A stretch of DNA of 64,000 nt, taken from NCBI GenBank assembly GCA_052327205.1, contig CM126224.1:29760001-29824000 (forward strand), written 5' to 3'. Position numbers and translations under genes: made by a program. A model generated the notes under the pieces. That model ran no database searches, had not been told where the DNA came from, and saw only the letters and a program-made list of their open reading frames with translations. This DNA is from Somniosus microcephalus. Lineage: Eukaryota. Shown piece by piece: positions 39,205-53,405 of this stretch (within the stretch, counting starts at the first letter, position 1; each line of letters starts with the position of its first letter).

Positions 39205-42200
39205 GACCTGGGTCTGTCCCCCTACTCCTCTGGCACTTTCTCCTCCTTTGAGCATCTCATCTTGATCCACCCTCTCACCTCATTTAAAATTCTCATTCTC
39301 TACCGCCCACCCAAGTACAATAAAAATGTTATCACTGAGATATCCTCACTGCTTTCCTCCCTCAGCCTCTGCACCGAGCGACTTCTCATCCTCGGTGATT
39401 TCAACCTCCATCTCAATTCATCATGCTCTCTCTCCTGAGTTCACTAGCCTCCTATCCTTCCTTAATCTCTCCCTCCATGTGAACTCCCCAACCCATATTC
39501 TCGCTCACCCCCTTGACCTTACCATTTCGCGTGGCCTCGCTACTCCCACCGTGTCAATCGAAGATAAAGCCATCTCTGACCACTTCCTCGTCTCGCTCTC
39601 CACTCCCCCTTTCCCCCCACCCAACCCTACTTCCTTCTGTGTCCGCCCCTGGATAAAAAACTCTCTCCCAATTCTCTTACAACTGCACTTACAAAATCCC
39701 AACTGTCCAGCCTTTGGCCCTCCATTCACCATGAAATTTCTGCAGCTACCGATCTGCTCAGCCACACCCTCGCCACGACCTTTGATACCCTAGTCCCTAT
39801 TAAAACAATTACTCTCTCTCACCCTAAGATTGAGACCACCGATCAGCTGCCTCTGCCACTTCCCTTCCTTCCCCTAGCCCGCCAGGCCAAACTTCCTCTA
39901 TGGTTCCCCCCTGCCCTATCCCTGAACTCGCCAGTTTCTCTCCGATCTCCCCACTTGACCGCTCCACGCTCATCTTGTCCATGAGACCCACTTCCTGCTC
40001 CCTCGACCCTATTCCCACTAAACTGCTGACCACCCAGCTTCCTTTTCTTGCTCCCATGTTAGCGGACATTGTTAACAGTTTGCTCTCCTCAGGTACTGTT
40101 CCCCTCTCCTTCAAATCTGCTGTCATCACCCCGTCCTCAAAAAAATAACCCTTGACCCCTCCGTCCTTGCAAACTACTGCCCCATCTCCAACCTCCCTTT
40201 CCTCTCCAAAGTCCTTGAACATGTTGTCACCTCCCAAATCTGTGCCCATCTTTCCCAGAACTCCATGTTTGAATTCCTCCAATCTGGTTTCTGCCCGTGC
40301 TACAGTATCGAAACAGCTCTCAAAGTCACAAATGACATCCTTTGTGATTGTGACAAAGGTAAACTATCCCATCTCATCCTTCTCGACCTGCCTGCAGCCT
40401 TTGACAGTTGACCACTCCATCCTCCTCCAACGCCTCTCCACCATCGTCCAGCTGGGTGGGACTGCACTCACCTGGTTCCATTCTTGCCTATCTAATCATA
40501 GCCAGAAAATCACCTGCAATGGCTTCTCTTCCCACTCCCGCATCGTTACCTCTGGAGTCTCCCAAGTATCTATCCTTGGCCCCCTCCTATTTCTCATCTA
40601 CATGCTGCCCCTTGGCGACATCATCCAAAAACATGGCATCAGTTTCCACATGTATGCTGATGACACCCAGCTCTACCTCACGACCACTTTTCTCGACCCC
40701 GCCACGGTCTCTAAATTGACACACTGATTGCCCGACATCCAGTACTGGACGAGCAGAAATTTTCTCCAACTAATTATTGGGAAGACCGAAGCCATTGTCT
40801 TTAGGCCCCGCCACAAACTCCGTTCTCCAGCCACCGACTCCATCCCTCTCCCTAGCATTTGTCTGACTGATCCAGACTGTTCACAACCTTGGTGTCATAT
40901 GTGACCCGGAAATAAGCTTCCGACCACATATCCGCGGCATAACTAAGACTGCCTATTTCCACCTCCAAAATATTGCCCGGTTCCGCCCCTGCATCAGTTC
41001 ATCAGCTGCTGAAACACTCATCCATGCCTTTGTTACCTCTAGACTTGACTATTCCAACGCACTCCTGCCTGGCCTCCCACATTCTACGCTACGTAAACTT
41101 GAGGTCATCCAAAACTCAGCTGCGTATGTCCTAACTTGCACCAAGTCCCGTTCACCCATCAGCCCTGTGCTCGCCGACCTACATTGGCTCTCGGTTAAGC
41201 AATGCCTCAATTTCAAAATTCTCATCCTTGTTTCCAAATCCCTCTGTGGCCTCGCCCCTCCCTATCTGTGAACACCTTCAGCCCCACAAACCCCACCCAC
41301 CCAGAAATATCTGCTCTCCTTAAATTGCACCTTTTTAAAAAAAAATAAACAGCACGGAAGGCGATCATTCGGCCCTTGCCGCCTCTCTGCAAGAGCACTT
41401 CAGCTAGTCCCACTCCCCTGCACATTTTTTTCCTTCAGGTACTTATCCAACTCCCTTTTGAAAGCCTCGATTGAGTCTATCTCCACCACCCTCTCGGGCA
41501 GTGCATTCTAGATCCTAACCACTCGTTGCATAAAAAAGTTTTTCCTCATGTCGCCTTTGGTTCTTTTGCCAATCACCTTAAATCCGTGTCCTCTGGTTCT
41601 CGACCCTTCCACCAATGGGAACAGTTTCTCTCTATCTACTCTGTCCCGACCCCTCATGATTTTGAACACCTCTATCAAATCTCCTCTCAATGTTCTCTGC
41701 TCTAAGGAGAACAACCCAGCTTCTCCAGTCTATCCATGTAACTGAAGTCCCTCATCCCTGGAATCATTCTCGTAAATTTTTTCTGCACCCTCGAAGGCCT
41801 CACCCCTCCTCTTGCTACCCGTTTACTATTTATATGCCTATAAGACGACTTTTGGATTACCTTTTATGTTAGCTGCCATTCTATTCTCATATCCACTCTT
41901 TGCCCCTCTTATTTTCTTTTTCACTTCTCTGAACTTTCTATATTTATCCTGATTCTCAGATGTATTCTCGACCTGACATCTGTCCTACGCGCTCTTTTTC
42001 TGACCTCTTGAGCATCCCTGATTATAATCGCTCAACCATTGGTGGCCGCGCCTTCAGCTGCCTAGGCCCTAAACTCTGGAACTCCCTCCTTAAACCTCTC
42101 CGCCTCCCTTTCCTCCTTTAAGACGCTCCTTAAAACCTACCTCTTTGACCAAGCTTTTGGTCATCTGCCCTAATTTCTTACATGGCTCGGTGTCAATTTT

Positions 42201-42280
42201 TTTGTCTTATAACATTCTTGTGAAGCACCTTGGGACATTTTACTATATTAAAGGCGCTACATAAATACAAGTTGTTGTTG
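39205..42280 (+). mobile_element. L2-clade LINE (endonuclease and RT remnants) with nested CR1
   Basis: LYRPPK, ILGDFNLH, SDH, LDPIPTKLL, HMYADDTQLY; tail aaaggcgctacataaatacaagttgttgttg. Confidence 0.9.
41350..42000 (-). mobile_element. CR1 fragment(s) nested in the L2
   Basis: FSLEQRTLRGDLIEVFKIMRG..TRGHGFK. Confidence 0.8.
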
Positions 42281-42571
42281 AATTCAAAATCTTAGCTCTT
42301 TCAATGCCATTGTTGATTATTACTAGCTGCAAATGAACATCTGATCCTTTTCAAGTCTGCAAGTCTAAAAGTGTCAGCAACATATATAATTAACAATTAC
42401 ATTATTAAAGGGTGGCACGGTCATTGGACTAGTAATCTGTGCCACGATGTAATTAAAGTGATAGATTTGACTTCTCCATTCCACTAAGCTCCCAATCTCA
42501 CCAGTGCGGCTATGAGGAGGCACCAAGTGGAGGACAGGCCACTCCCAAAAAAGGGGGGAGTATTATTACGC

Positions 42572-43332
42572 AAGAACATAAGAATTAAGAGCCATAGGGC
42601 CCCTCAAGCCTGCTCCACCATTCAATAAGATCTTGGCTGATCTTCGACCTCAACTCCACATTCCTGCCCAATCGCCATATCCCTTGAATCCTCTAGAGTC
42701 CAAAAATCTATCTATCTCAGCCTTGAATATACTCAACGAATCAGCATCCACAGCCCTTTGGGGTAGAGAATTCCAAAGGTTCATAACTGAATGACAAAAT
42801 TCCTCCTCATCTCAGTCTTAAATGGCTGACCCCTTATCCCGAGACTATGCCCAAGTTCTAGAATCCCCAGACAGAGGAAACAACCTCTCAGCATCTACCC
42901 TGTCAATGTGTTTCAATGAGATCACCTCTCATTCTTCTAAACTTGAGAGAGTATAGATCCAATCTATTCAATCTCTCCTCATGGGACAACCCTCATCCCA
43001 GGAATCAATCTAGTGAACCTTTGTTGCACTGCCTCTAAGGCAAGTATATCCTTCCTCAGATAAGGAGACCAAAACTGTGCACAGTACTCCAGGTGTGGTC
43101 TCACCAAAGCCCTGTACAATTGTAGCAAGAACTTCCTTACACTTGTACTCCAAACCCCTTGCAATAAAGGCTAACTTGCCATTTGCCTTCCAAATTGCTT
43201 GCTGTACCGGTGTTTCCTGTACGAGGACACCTAAATCTCTGAACACCAACATTTAATAGTTTCTCACCATTTAAAAAATATTCTGTTTTTCTATTTTTCC
43301 TACCAAAGTGAATAACCTCACATTTCACCATT
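42572..43332 (-). mobile_element. CR1 3' fragment
   Basis: KCEVIHFGRKN, RPHLEYCAQFWSP; ttcttatgttctt tail. Confidence 0.9.
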
Positions 43333-43639
43333 ACTGGCTACTGTTGGAGGAGCTTCACTTGACTTGGACCAGGCCACCTACCCTCGGCCACAGGTAATGC
43401 AAGAACTGCATAAGGAGAAGAGGGGAAGACAAAAGTACTTCTTAGCAGTGCTGAAAATGTAAAATATACTCAAAAAATGAGCTGAAGTATTCAGTTTCAA
43501 TTTACAAAAATCACTCAATATTTGCTTAGAGTTTTATAAAATCAGTTATCCTGAAACGTAAAGTCATTTAGCACTCCTGTGGTTCGGAGACCAACAACCA
43601 AGTGCCCACTCTCCAGGTTTCAATTTTAAAATTGTCCCC

Positions 43640-44254
43640 AATGTGCACAAATCTTTGAAGGTGGCAAGGCAAAGCAGTTAATAAAGGATATGGGATCTGG
43701 GCTTTATAAATAGAGGCAGGAAGTTATGCTAAACCTATATAAAACACTAGTCCAATTCAGGGCACCACACTTTAGCAAGGACATGAAGGCTTTGGAGAGG
43801 GTACAGAAGAGATTTACAAGACTGGTCCCAGGGATGAGATTACAGTTACCTGGATAGACTGGAGCAGCTGGGGTTGTTTCCTTGGAGCTGAGAAGGCTAA
43901 GAGGAGATTTGATAGAGGTGTTTCAAATCATGAAGGATTTAGACAGAGTAAATAAAGAGATAGTTTCCAATGGCTGAATGGTCAATAATGAGAGGTCACA
44001 GATTTATAGGTGATTAGCAGAAGAAGCAGAGGCTACATGAAGAAAAACTTTTTTACCCGAGTGAATGCACTGCCCGATAGGCAGTTGGATACAGATTCAA
44101 TAGTAGCCTTCAAAAGGGAACTGTATAAATACTTGGAAGGAGAAAAAATTGCAGGGATATGGGGTGAGTGGGACTAACTGGATTGCTTGGCAAGCGCTGT
44201 CACAGACTTGATGGGCTGAATGACGTCCTTCTGTGCTGTACTATGATTCTATGA
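43640..44254 (+). mobile_element. Old CR1 3' fragment
   Basis: LERVQKRFTRLVPGMR, RRLRGDLIEVF; ctatgattctatga tail. Confidence 0.8.
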
Positions 44255-44531
44255 TAATGTGGGTCTGCCATAGGATTTAAACCAGTTTTACCAGTGTAAA
44301 CAAAGGGGGCTGCCAGGCAGACGAGTCTCCCGCAATCTGAACAGAAGCACTAAAGGTGAAACACCTAAATGCCCTCAATTTTCCATGAAGTTTGCTTAAA
44401 CTTGTTTTACAATTAGCTTAAAACTGAATTACTGTGTTATGGAAATCCCAAGAAAAATTGAGAGATCTATAGTGATATGAGACCTATTCATAAGCATTTA
44501 ATTAGAATTGATTTTAACGTTTTCTTCAATG

Positions 44532-45340
44532 CTAGCTGGGGGGAGGCCGGCGTTGCCAGGGCAGTTTAGAGGGCCGCGCGGTTGACGGCCGGCTGCTGCC
44601 GCTCCCCCGCTCTGTGTCTCAGGCGGCGCGGTTCACGGCCGCCCGCTGCCGCTCCCCCGCTCTGTGTCTCAGGCCGAGTGGTTGTGAGGGCCGGCCCGAG
44701 TTGTGAGCGGTTGTGAGGCCCGAGTGACCCCAACTCACCTCCTGCTCCGGCGGGCCGATGCAGCTGCCCCGCTCGCTGTTGAGGAAAAGCAGGGGGAAAA
44801 ATGGCGACGAAGTTTCAGGAGGCTGCAGGATTAGGTCCCACCAGTGACGCACCGATTGGTCAACCATCAGGTCACTGAACTGTAGGATTGGTCAACCATC
44901 ACGTCACTCAACGCTAATGAGCGGTAGGATTGGTCAACTGCTAATGAGCGGATTTTTGAATGTTTTTTGTATACTGTCCGAACAATTTTTGTCTGACCAA
45001 AAAATAAATACGCCTATGACACTCCCCTGATCATCAGCTTTCTTTTGATATAACATATGTGTAGGTACGCTCTATAACTTGAGTGTATAGCGGACAGACA
45101 CCACTATCCTTTTGTGTGGAGTTTGCACATTCTCCCTGTGTCTGCGTGGGTTTCCTCCGGGTGCTCCGGTTTCCTCCCACAGTCCAAAGATGTGCGGGTT
45201 AGGTTGATTTGGCTATGATAAATTGACCCTTAGTGTTAGGGGATTAAATACGTGGGGTTACGGGGATAGGGTGGGATATGTGTCGGTGCAGGCTCGATGG
45301 GCCGAAATGGCCTCTATCTGCACTGTGGGGATTGTGTGTG

Positions 45341-45386
<46 letters not shown>

Positions 45387-45390
45387 TAGA
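44532..45390 (-). mobile_element. Non-autonomous Helitron with nested SINE
   Basis: Minus strand begins a|TCTATC(TA)n..aaaggatagtggtgtctgtccg and ends gccctggcaacgccggc..cagCTAG (3' hairpin plus CTAG). Confidence 0.72.
45113..45340 (+). mobile_element. HE1-like V-SINE, 5'-truncated, inserted next to the Helitron (TA)n
   Basis: V core and tail match 34565-34800. Confidence 0.9.
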
Positions 45391-46235
45391 TAAAATATTT
45401 GGACATTCCAATCTCAAGAATATATATTATTCAGCACAAGCTCTTCTGCCATCATTTTTACATTATAGCTGCAATACTTTGTGTACAGCTGAAGAAAATG
45501 AAAATAAACTGAAGTGATATTTTCTTCCCTCAAAATCTGAATAAACGATAACGAAAACAAAATGCTAAAAATGTAGAAGAGATTACAATGAATAACTCAA
45601 ACATAGACCAGGACTCCAAACCCAGCCGTGGAAACTGAATAAGTTAAATCAATGAGCCACTTCCTGTGCTCTCCACGCCCTCCCAATTTAACCACCTTTC
45701 CTTGATCCAATGCTCACTAACATCACCAATGGCTCTTGAAGTTCTAATCCACTATTTTCAAAACTGCCATCAACTCCCTTTTCAAAAAGCCCAACCTAGG
45801 CTCCTCTATCCTCGACAACTAGCACCAGACCTTTAAATGTGTTGTCACCATCTAAATTAATTCTTACTCGCCCCGTCATTCCTAGTTTGAAACTTCCAGT
45901 CCAGTTTTGGCCAGAGCACAAAGTCGCCAATAACATACTTTGTGACCAAGACCATGATATGCTAGCCCACCTCATCCTCCTCAATATCTTTGCGGCAATA
46001 GTCTACTGGAACCGGGCAGATTTTATCAATATCAATTCTAAATCTCTAGCCATGAGTCTCCAGTGAAATAAATTTAACTAGTATGGAAAATGGAAATGTG
46101 GCTGGTCCAATTGATGCTGTCCTTTTAGAACTGGATTAAGGGCACTATTGAAGCAGAGGAAGCTTTCCATGCATTGAAACATTAAATGCTCACTATAGAC
46201 TTACAAGATAAGCATATGAGGGAGAAGGGAATAGA

Positions 46236-46622
46236 GGGGATCTCATTGAAACTTGTAAATTCTAACAGGACTAGACAGACTAGATGCGGGAAGGCTGTTC
46301 CCGATGGCGGGGGAGTCCAGAACCAGGGGTCACAGTCTAAGGATAAGGGGTAAGCCATTTAGGACAGAGATGAGAAGGAATTTCTTCACCCAGAGAGTGG
46401 TGAACCTGTGGAATTCTCTACCACAGAAGACAGTTGAGGCCAATTCATTAAATATATTCAAGGAGTTAGATATATTTCTTAAGGCTAAGGGGATCAAGGG
46501 ATATGGGGAGAAGGCAGGGACAGGGTACTGAATTTGGATGATCAGCCATGATCACATTGAATGGCGGAGCAGGCTCGAGGGGCCAAATGGCCTACTCCTG
46601 CTCCTATCTTCTATGTTTCTAT
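46236..46622 (+). mobile_element. Young CR1 3' fragment (family of 6398-7734) inserted into an older CR1 tail (about 46200-46725)
   Basis: Near-identical to 7347-7734; the older tail resumes at tagggttagatgagg. Confidence 0.9.
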
Positions 46623-49600
46623 AGGGTTAGATGAGGAAAGACGGAAGGAGGCTCAAGTGGAGCATAAACACCGGCATAGACTGGTTGGGCCGAATGGCCT
46701 GTTTCCGTGCTGTAGATCCTATGTAAGATGTGGATTATAATGTACCATTCCCCAATAGTAATTACTCACATCAATGAGCACAAAATTCACCAAGAGTAAA
46801 GAGAATCAATAAATTTTAAATAATTATTTTATTAACACTTCAGTGCAGAATATAGTTTGACAAATTACAATGTTAGTCATAATAAATAACAAATGTTTGT
46901 AATTAAGGGCAATATATCCATACAAGTTTATCTCAGAAACAAAATCAAGTGGCTCTGCAGCTCACAAATCACTAATTTCTCCTTAGCGAGAGAGGAAACA
47001 AAATCAATACTCAAAGCCTCCTCTTGTAGACTTTCCATTTATGCAAGTACAAAATACACAAGCTGTAGCACTAGCAAATATCACAAGATACAGTCAGTAC
47101 AATTTGTAAAGCCTCTATCAAGTGAGATCACATACATAAATCCAGCAAACACAAAACCGGGACAGCAGAAGCCACAATGTCTTGGGACCTCTAACCCCAA
47201 ACCAACTGTTTTATAAGAATATACGATTTTTCTAAACTTAATTTCTTTGGCAGAACCAATTCATGCATCCCAAAATATACAGTCCAGCAATAGTTCGGAA
47301 AACTGTGGGGCGCTTAGCTTGTCCAGATAGGACACAGGGAGGGCCTCCACTCTTGCCCTGTTCTGGCTTTCCCCCAATTCTCCCAAACTGATGCAGTCTC
47401 AATAAGCAGCATGAATACTAAAAAGAATGGGGGCCGGGGCGGGGGGATGTTTGCAGTAAACAGGCGGCGTAAATTGAAAGCAGAAGAGGAGGAGGAGAAA
47501 GAGAGAAATTGAAAAGTAGTAAGGAAAAATAGAAAGGGAGGAGCGAGAGAGTGAGGAAGATAAAGGGAGCAAGAAAGAGAAAGAGAAGGTAAAGCGAGAA
47601 TGTGAGATAAAAAAAGAATTTTAACAAAATGAAAAGCTGAGAATTACCACAATGTACCAGCATCCATAGCTAGTGAAGTGCAAGAGTCTATTATTTAGTG
47701 GAGCTAGGCCCAAAAAATGTTTGAGATGGTAAAACAGGCCCAAACAGTTTAGAGAACCAGTGCTTTACAAAACTAGAAAAATGTTTACTTTGAAACAGAT
47801 AGGTTATTAATATTCTAGGACTTAAAACTTTGCAGTTCATACACTATTTCTGTAAATACTGTTATCTATGTAATCTAGTTTTGAAATTATTGAGCATTTT
47901 TGAAGTAACTATATTACATGTCTTGGTAGGTATATTATGTTGGTCCAATAGTGTATAAAATAGCAGCTTTACATCTGTACACAGACACAACAGTATCTAA
48001 AAATCACAATTTTTCTATTGATACATGTTTCTATGTTATTTATAAACACATATTTGGAATTCACCAAACTGATTAAGGTGGATAGGTTTATGCGCTACCT
48101 TAAGCATCATGCTCAAAAAGATAATTTAGAAATCTCAGGCTAGCAATGTTTTCGAATTATCCAGTCTACATAAGCAAACACATAAAAGGCCCCCAACAAC
48201 CTACAAGGGAAAGTCGTTGTAAAATCTAAAAAGGCCAAGTAATTTATGTGCAGTTCCACAAATGTTGAGTGACAGCCCCTCGAGGCATTTAGCCCTTTCA
48301 CAATCAAATTTCCTTTTAAGGCATTACTGTTCTGTTGTACTTTACAAAATGCAAGTATGAAAGAAATGGCAAAAGCTTGGCGATAGCCCCAAGCACACAG
48401 TGATGCCAGCACTTGTCCGGCTGCAGTACTAATGACAGTGCTCAAACTCAAGTCATTTATGATATTACCACAGGACAAGTTAATAAGAATTAGTTCTACG
48501 ACAAAGTAGTCATTTTGAAACACACTATGCAAGAATAGGAAACAGAATAAATTACACATCAGACAATGGAGCTGTTCTGCAATCACCTTCAAGTTACCTA
48601 GAATACACAAATTCAGACATCTATTTGCTAGATTATATTGAGAATGAGCACCTGGCATGCACTGGCTACTATTGTTAATGAAACATTCTTAGAAAGTGTG
48701 ACCTAAGAGAACTTGGGTCCCATTAGCCAGCCATTTAGATGAATCTACTAATACACAATGCCCATCAGCTACACTATCTTTATCAAATGTTGGCTGCAAA
48801 AGAAATTGCAATTTGATTGGGGGGAAAAAAATAAGTTTGTTAAAACTCTACATATAAGTGAGCCCTTCCTCTTTAATCATTATAGATGCTTTAGTTCACA
48901 TGATGAAAATGTGCCCTCATGCCATGTTAAAAAGGCTTGTGCTAATGTGCTTTATGATCGGTTGTATGAATTAGTGGGTCAGCCAGCAAATCTTAGTCTT
49001 GGCCACAGCTGATAACAAGTAACTAAATGCAAGTTCCAAAAAGAACCAACTTGTCCAATGAAAATTAGGGGGAAAAAAACGCAAAAATATTCCAGATTAT
49101 TCACAAAAGGCACCAAAAACAGCAATTTAAAATACTCAATATGGCAGTGAAAAATTGTTGAGGAAATACCATGGTTTCAGAGGATCTCATCCAATGTACC
49201 TAAACCATATGTACTTAATATAGAAAAATTCTAAAAGCCCTTTCTCTGTGATAAATTTATCAAGAGTAAATGATATGAACAACATCCAAAGTCACAATCT
49301 ACGACAGATATTGCACTATAACCCTTACACCCATGTATCAACTATACTGCAGAGATTGCAAAGATTCAGATTTCTGCACTGTACTACTACAGAATTAGTA
49401 GTTTAACTATAGTTTGTGCAAGGTCAAATCGCTTTTCAGAATTGGCGCAAGAACACCACCAGTGTAACACAACCAGTAGAAAAAATCAACCTTTTAAACT
49501 TTAATTGTAAAGTATAAAAAGTGTACAAGTGGTTTGCTGACCACTTTTCAAGTTTATGATGTTAGAAAAGTGCCGACTTTCCAATCATCTCCCTTCTCGT

Positions 49601-50216
49601 ACTAAAAATGCCACGAGCATTGGGACGCCAATTTGCAGACCTGTGCTCTCAAAGTACATACCATTAGTATCTGCAGTACAACTGCAGCATCAGTGTCCGC
49701 CTACGTCTATTACTGCAAGTACCTGTATTTAAATTAATGACGAGCAATAATGTAGTAAATTAAGCATGCCAACGGCATGCTAGAAAATGACAATTTCCTA
49801 ATTGGTTAAGTGCTTCAAAGCACTATTAAATTCAACAGCATGATCAAATGCACAACCCTTTAGTGCTATTTTGATTACAAAATGGATCAATAGAACAGTA
49901 GCTGAGTGAACAAGCTATCTGAATAACATTAACCCTCACAGGGCTAGTTTCACTTTTTGCACCATCAAACCTTAGCCACACAACTGTTGTACCATTTTTG
50001 AGTCATTTGTTTCAGAAATTTATGAATTAAAAATACTCAGTGGCTTTGTATATTTATCTGTAATTACTTTATCAATTTAAATTTGGTCTTCGAAGTTCTT
50101 AAAAGCATATTTGCAGAAGGCATAAAAACATTTCAAGTAGCCTTGCAAACTGCCTTTTTTTCCCCCTGAACCAACATGACTGCGAACTGCAAGTGCTTAT
50201 TATTGCAGCGTATTAC

Positions 50217-50850
50217 AATGGCACGGATTTTGCAATGGGTAATGATGGCAAACTGTCAGTATTCGCCGTTATTACCCCTCTGAAACTGGCCGTAACTTCA
50301 GGATTTAGTGCACGCGCATCTAAACGTGGAAATCCTGAAGTTGAGGTCAGTCATTCAGTGCTCCAACACAGGCTGTGCTATGGACCCTCTTCCATAGTCG
50401 GCAATCAGTGAAACCGAGGAAAACTTGGGCTTATCCGCACTAATATTGCTGTTAAATATCCCATTAAATGTTAAGCCTTGTTGGAATAAGTGTAACTGGG
50501 GTTTTAACAGCATACTGACTGCTGAACCACCGTTCTGGCCCTGAAAAACTAATTTTTATATTTGTGAAGTGTCAAATTACTCATTATAATAAAAATTACA
50601 ATTTATTTTTAAACTTTAAAATAATTTTTAAAAATTTGTTGAGGATATTTCAGCTTCTACCTTATCCCCATATGAAAGTCCCAATCTTTATTTTGCTCTA
50701 ACATTTTTAAAAAGTATGGATAAAAGCTGCTTTTCATTACAAGTCAAGAAATGCAAACTTATCGCCACAGAGATCGCAAGTGGGCAGCTTTCTTTGAGGC
50801 CAGCAGCGAGCGCCTTTGCTTCGCCGCTGAGCGCAAATTACGGGCCATTG
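50217..50850 (+). mobile_element. Non-autonomous TIR element (MITE)
   Basis: TIRs caatggcacggattttgc / gcaaattacgggccattg; paralogous to 35565-36300. Confidence 0.8.
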
Positions 50851-53049
50851 TTAATTATGTGACCTGAACATGGAACAATTGTACAAACTGCCTGCTCTTA
50901 CATCATTTTAACAAAGCAGTTGTACAATAAAAATCCCTGGGTGCTATTTTGCCTACAATTAACTTTGGTTTCACTAATGGTACTGTTAGCTGCTGTCGTA
51001 CAAATTCAGTAGCAGGTCAAGAGGCAGCTTTCTGCTGCAATCACCAGGCCCCTTCTAGGACAACAACAAAATGTTTGACATAAAAAAAGTGTAGCACACA
51101 GGTAATTTCTGCAGTATCTTCAATTCAGAAGGTTTTACTTTTGGCCCGTTTAAGTTTCCTGCACCCAGATTTTGCATCGTCTGAAGAGGCTTGCAAATAG
51201 AAGGACGCACTTAAATCAAACTATTTTGCTGGCTATTTATCATCTAAGGAACCACTTGTTTTTACGAAATAAATACTTAGAGGTCAGATTTTAAATATTC
51301 ACTTTTACATGCCCAGAAATTTAAATATATTTTCTGGGTATCAGTAGCTAATTCCTCAACAGTATTCTTGTAGAAAACCAAGAGATATTTAACAGTCTTC
51401 CTATGATTCATTATCGTAAAAATCACTGGAGCCCTGACTGAAACAAAATCGCCACTTCCGCTCGTCCAGCTCAGCTAGTCATATAAAAAACATTTATTTT
51501 TCTTGTGCTGCAGAGATATGCTTCTCTACCTTCATTTTAAAATGTTCATACAATGTTAACTTAAACACACTGGTCAATAAAAATTTTGTATTTTTCTGAT
51601 TTTGTAGAAAACCCCTTCTCCAGAAAGTAGCAAGTGCTTTTGTTCAGTTAAGTGTTGTTTTACTCAATGTTTTTTCTTGTATGTTTGGGGAAAATATTTG
51701 AAAATCCCCCACCCATTAATAATTATTTCAGGTCATATACCAAATAGTGGGTTTATTCTACAAAACTCAGTACCCATTACAAGTCTAAACATTCAGCATA
51801 CCTTGGAGTATTGCAATTGGGTTGGGAGGGGTCATTTTAATAGACTGCTAGTTTTATTTCGTAATGTATGGGAACTCCTGCAAGTCAAAATGGAATTCAA
51901 CATTAATATTTGCCATAATATTATACTCATCAGTTAGAGAAAACACTGATATTTACAATACATCATACCACCTACTATCTTCTGCAAAATGTAGTATTCT
52001 GACACGGGAACAGCATAAATATTTCAAGCAGATTTCAACTGTGGTTATTAGTTGCACTAGTACCTATATTGTACTTCAAAAGTCAGTGATAAAAATACAG
52101 CAAAACCACCCAAATTATTTATTTTCCAAAACTAGCAACTACCACAAAATAAACCAAATTGTTCAACTCTGCAAACTGCTTTCAGCTGCCATTTTGCTTT
52201 ATGCAGCTTAAAATATTACTTCTAACAAACACACACACAATTCTGGGGAAAAGGGTACAAAAAGCTAACCCATAAAATTGGTCAGTGTTACAAATGTCTG
52301 CAAGAAGCCTCTTCCTGTCCAGGCCTGCCCTTTTTGTTAATCTCAGAGTTGGAAATTTCAACTTGACCTTGAAGCTGGGGAATTTCAGCTCCTGTTGAAA
52401 GTGTGTGCAAGAGCGTGTTAGTGTATCAGTGAGAGTGAGAGGAGAGGGAGAGAAACTACTCTATTTTAATGGAATACCAGAGTTGTTAACCATGGGATTT
52501 AAATAAATTGACAATCAACATAGCAAATCATGGAAATACATACCTGGGTCAGTTATTCCAGTTTTAAAAAAATAAGACACTAGTTACTATTTTTCATTAA
52601 AGTTACTTGCTATAAAATATGTTTATCTTAGTCATCATAAAGTAATATCTACACAAAGCCAGTGATTATGTTCAATTTTGTGATAATTTCGGCAACATTC
52701 TTAAAGTTCTATGGATAAGGAAGTTATTGCAACATATTACACAAGAGTCCCCTAATGGCACGGAAAATAAAGTGGCACTGTACTAAATAAAAAAGTAGCA
52801 AACATTATTAAAAATGCTTGTACCAATTAAGGAAATTCTATTCCAATCAGTATGCAGCAGGTTGAGCACTGGAGTTTAATGGATCAGAGAAAAAATAATT
52901 TAATATTTCATAAGTTAATCAGCTGTGCAAAATTACATATTTTTGGTACAGAGTAAAAATCAATCAATCTACTTCAGTAAACATGGAAGCATAGAAGGCA
53001 ATTTCAACAGAGACCTATTTATATTGCAATACAGGGGAAACCTTTTGGG

Positions 53050-53405
53050 TTTCAAAATTATGAAGTATTTTGAGAAGGTAAATTGTGAAAGATTGCTTCC
53101 ACTGGCAAGTGAATCAGTAAGGAGGCTTAGACTCAGGATTACCGCTGGAAGAATGGAGAAGTTTAAATAAAAATATATAAAACACAGTTTTTATGAACAG
53201 AATACTTTGAAACATGTGGCTGTTGAGGCAGATACAATATCATTTAAAAGGGAATTGGACATGTATTTGAAAAGGAAAAATATTAAAGTGTACAGGGGAA
53301 AAGGGCAGGGAAACAGGATTAGAACACAGAGCTCCATTTGAAGAGCTAGCACCAGCACTGGCGTCATGTGTTGAATGGTTTCCTGTGTTGCAAGTTCTAT
53401 GATGA
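53050..53405 (+). mobile_element. Very old CR1 3' remnant
   Basis: FKIMKYFEKVNCERLLPL; catttaaaagggaattggac and gaatggtttcctgtgttg..ttctatga tail. Confidence 0.6.

Noticed and set aside
48140-48658. 172-aa ATG ORF on the minus strand
   Set aside because: No motifs, composition typical of AT-rich intron, no splice support
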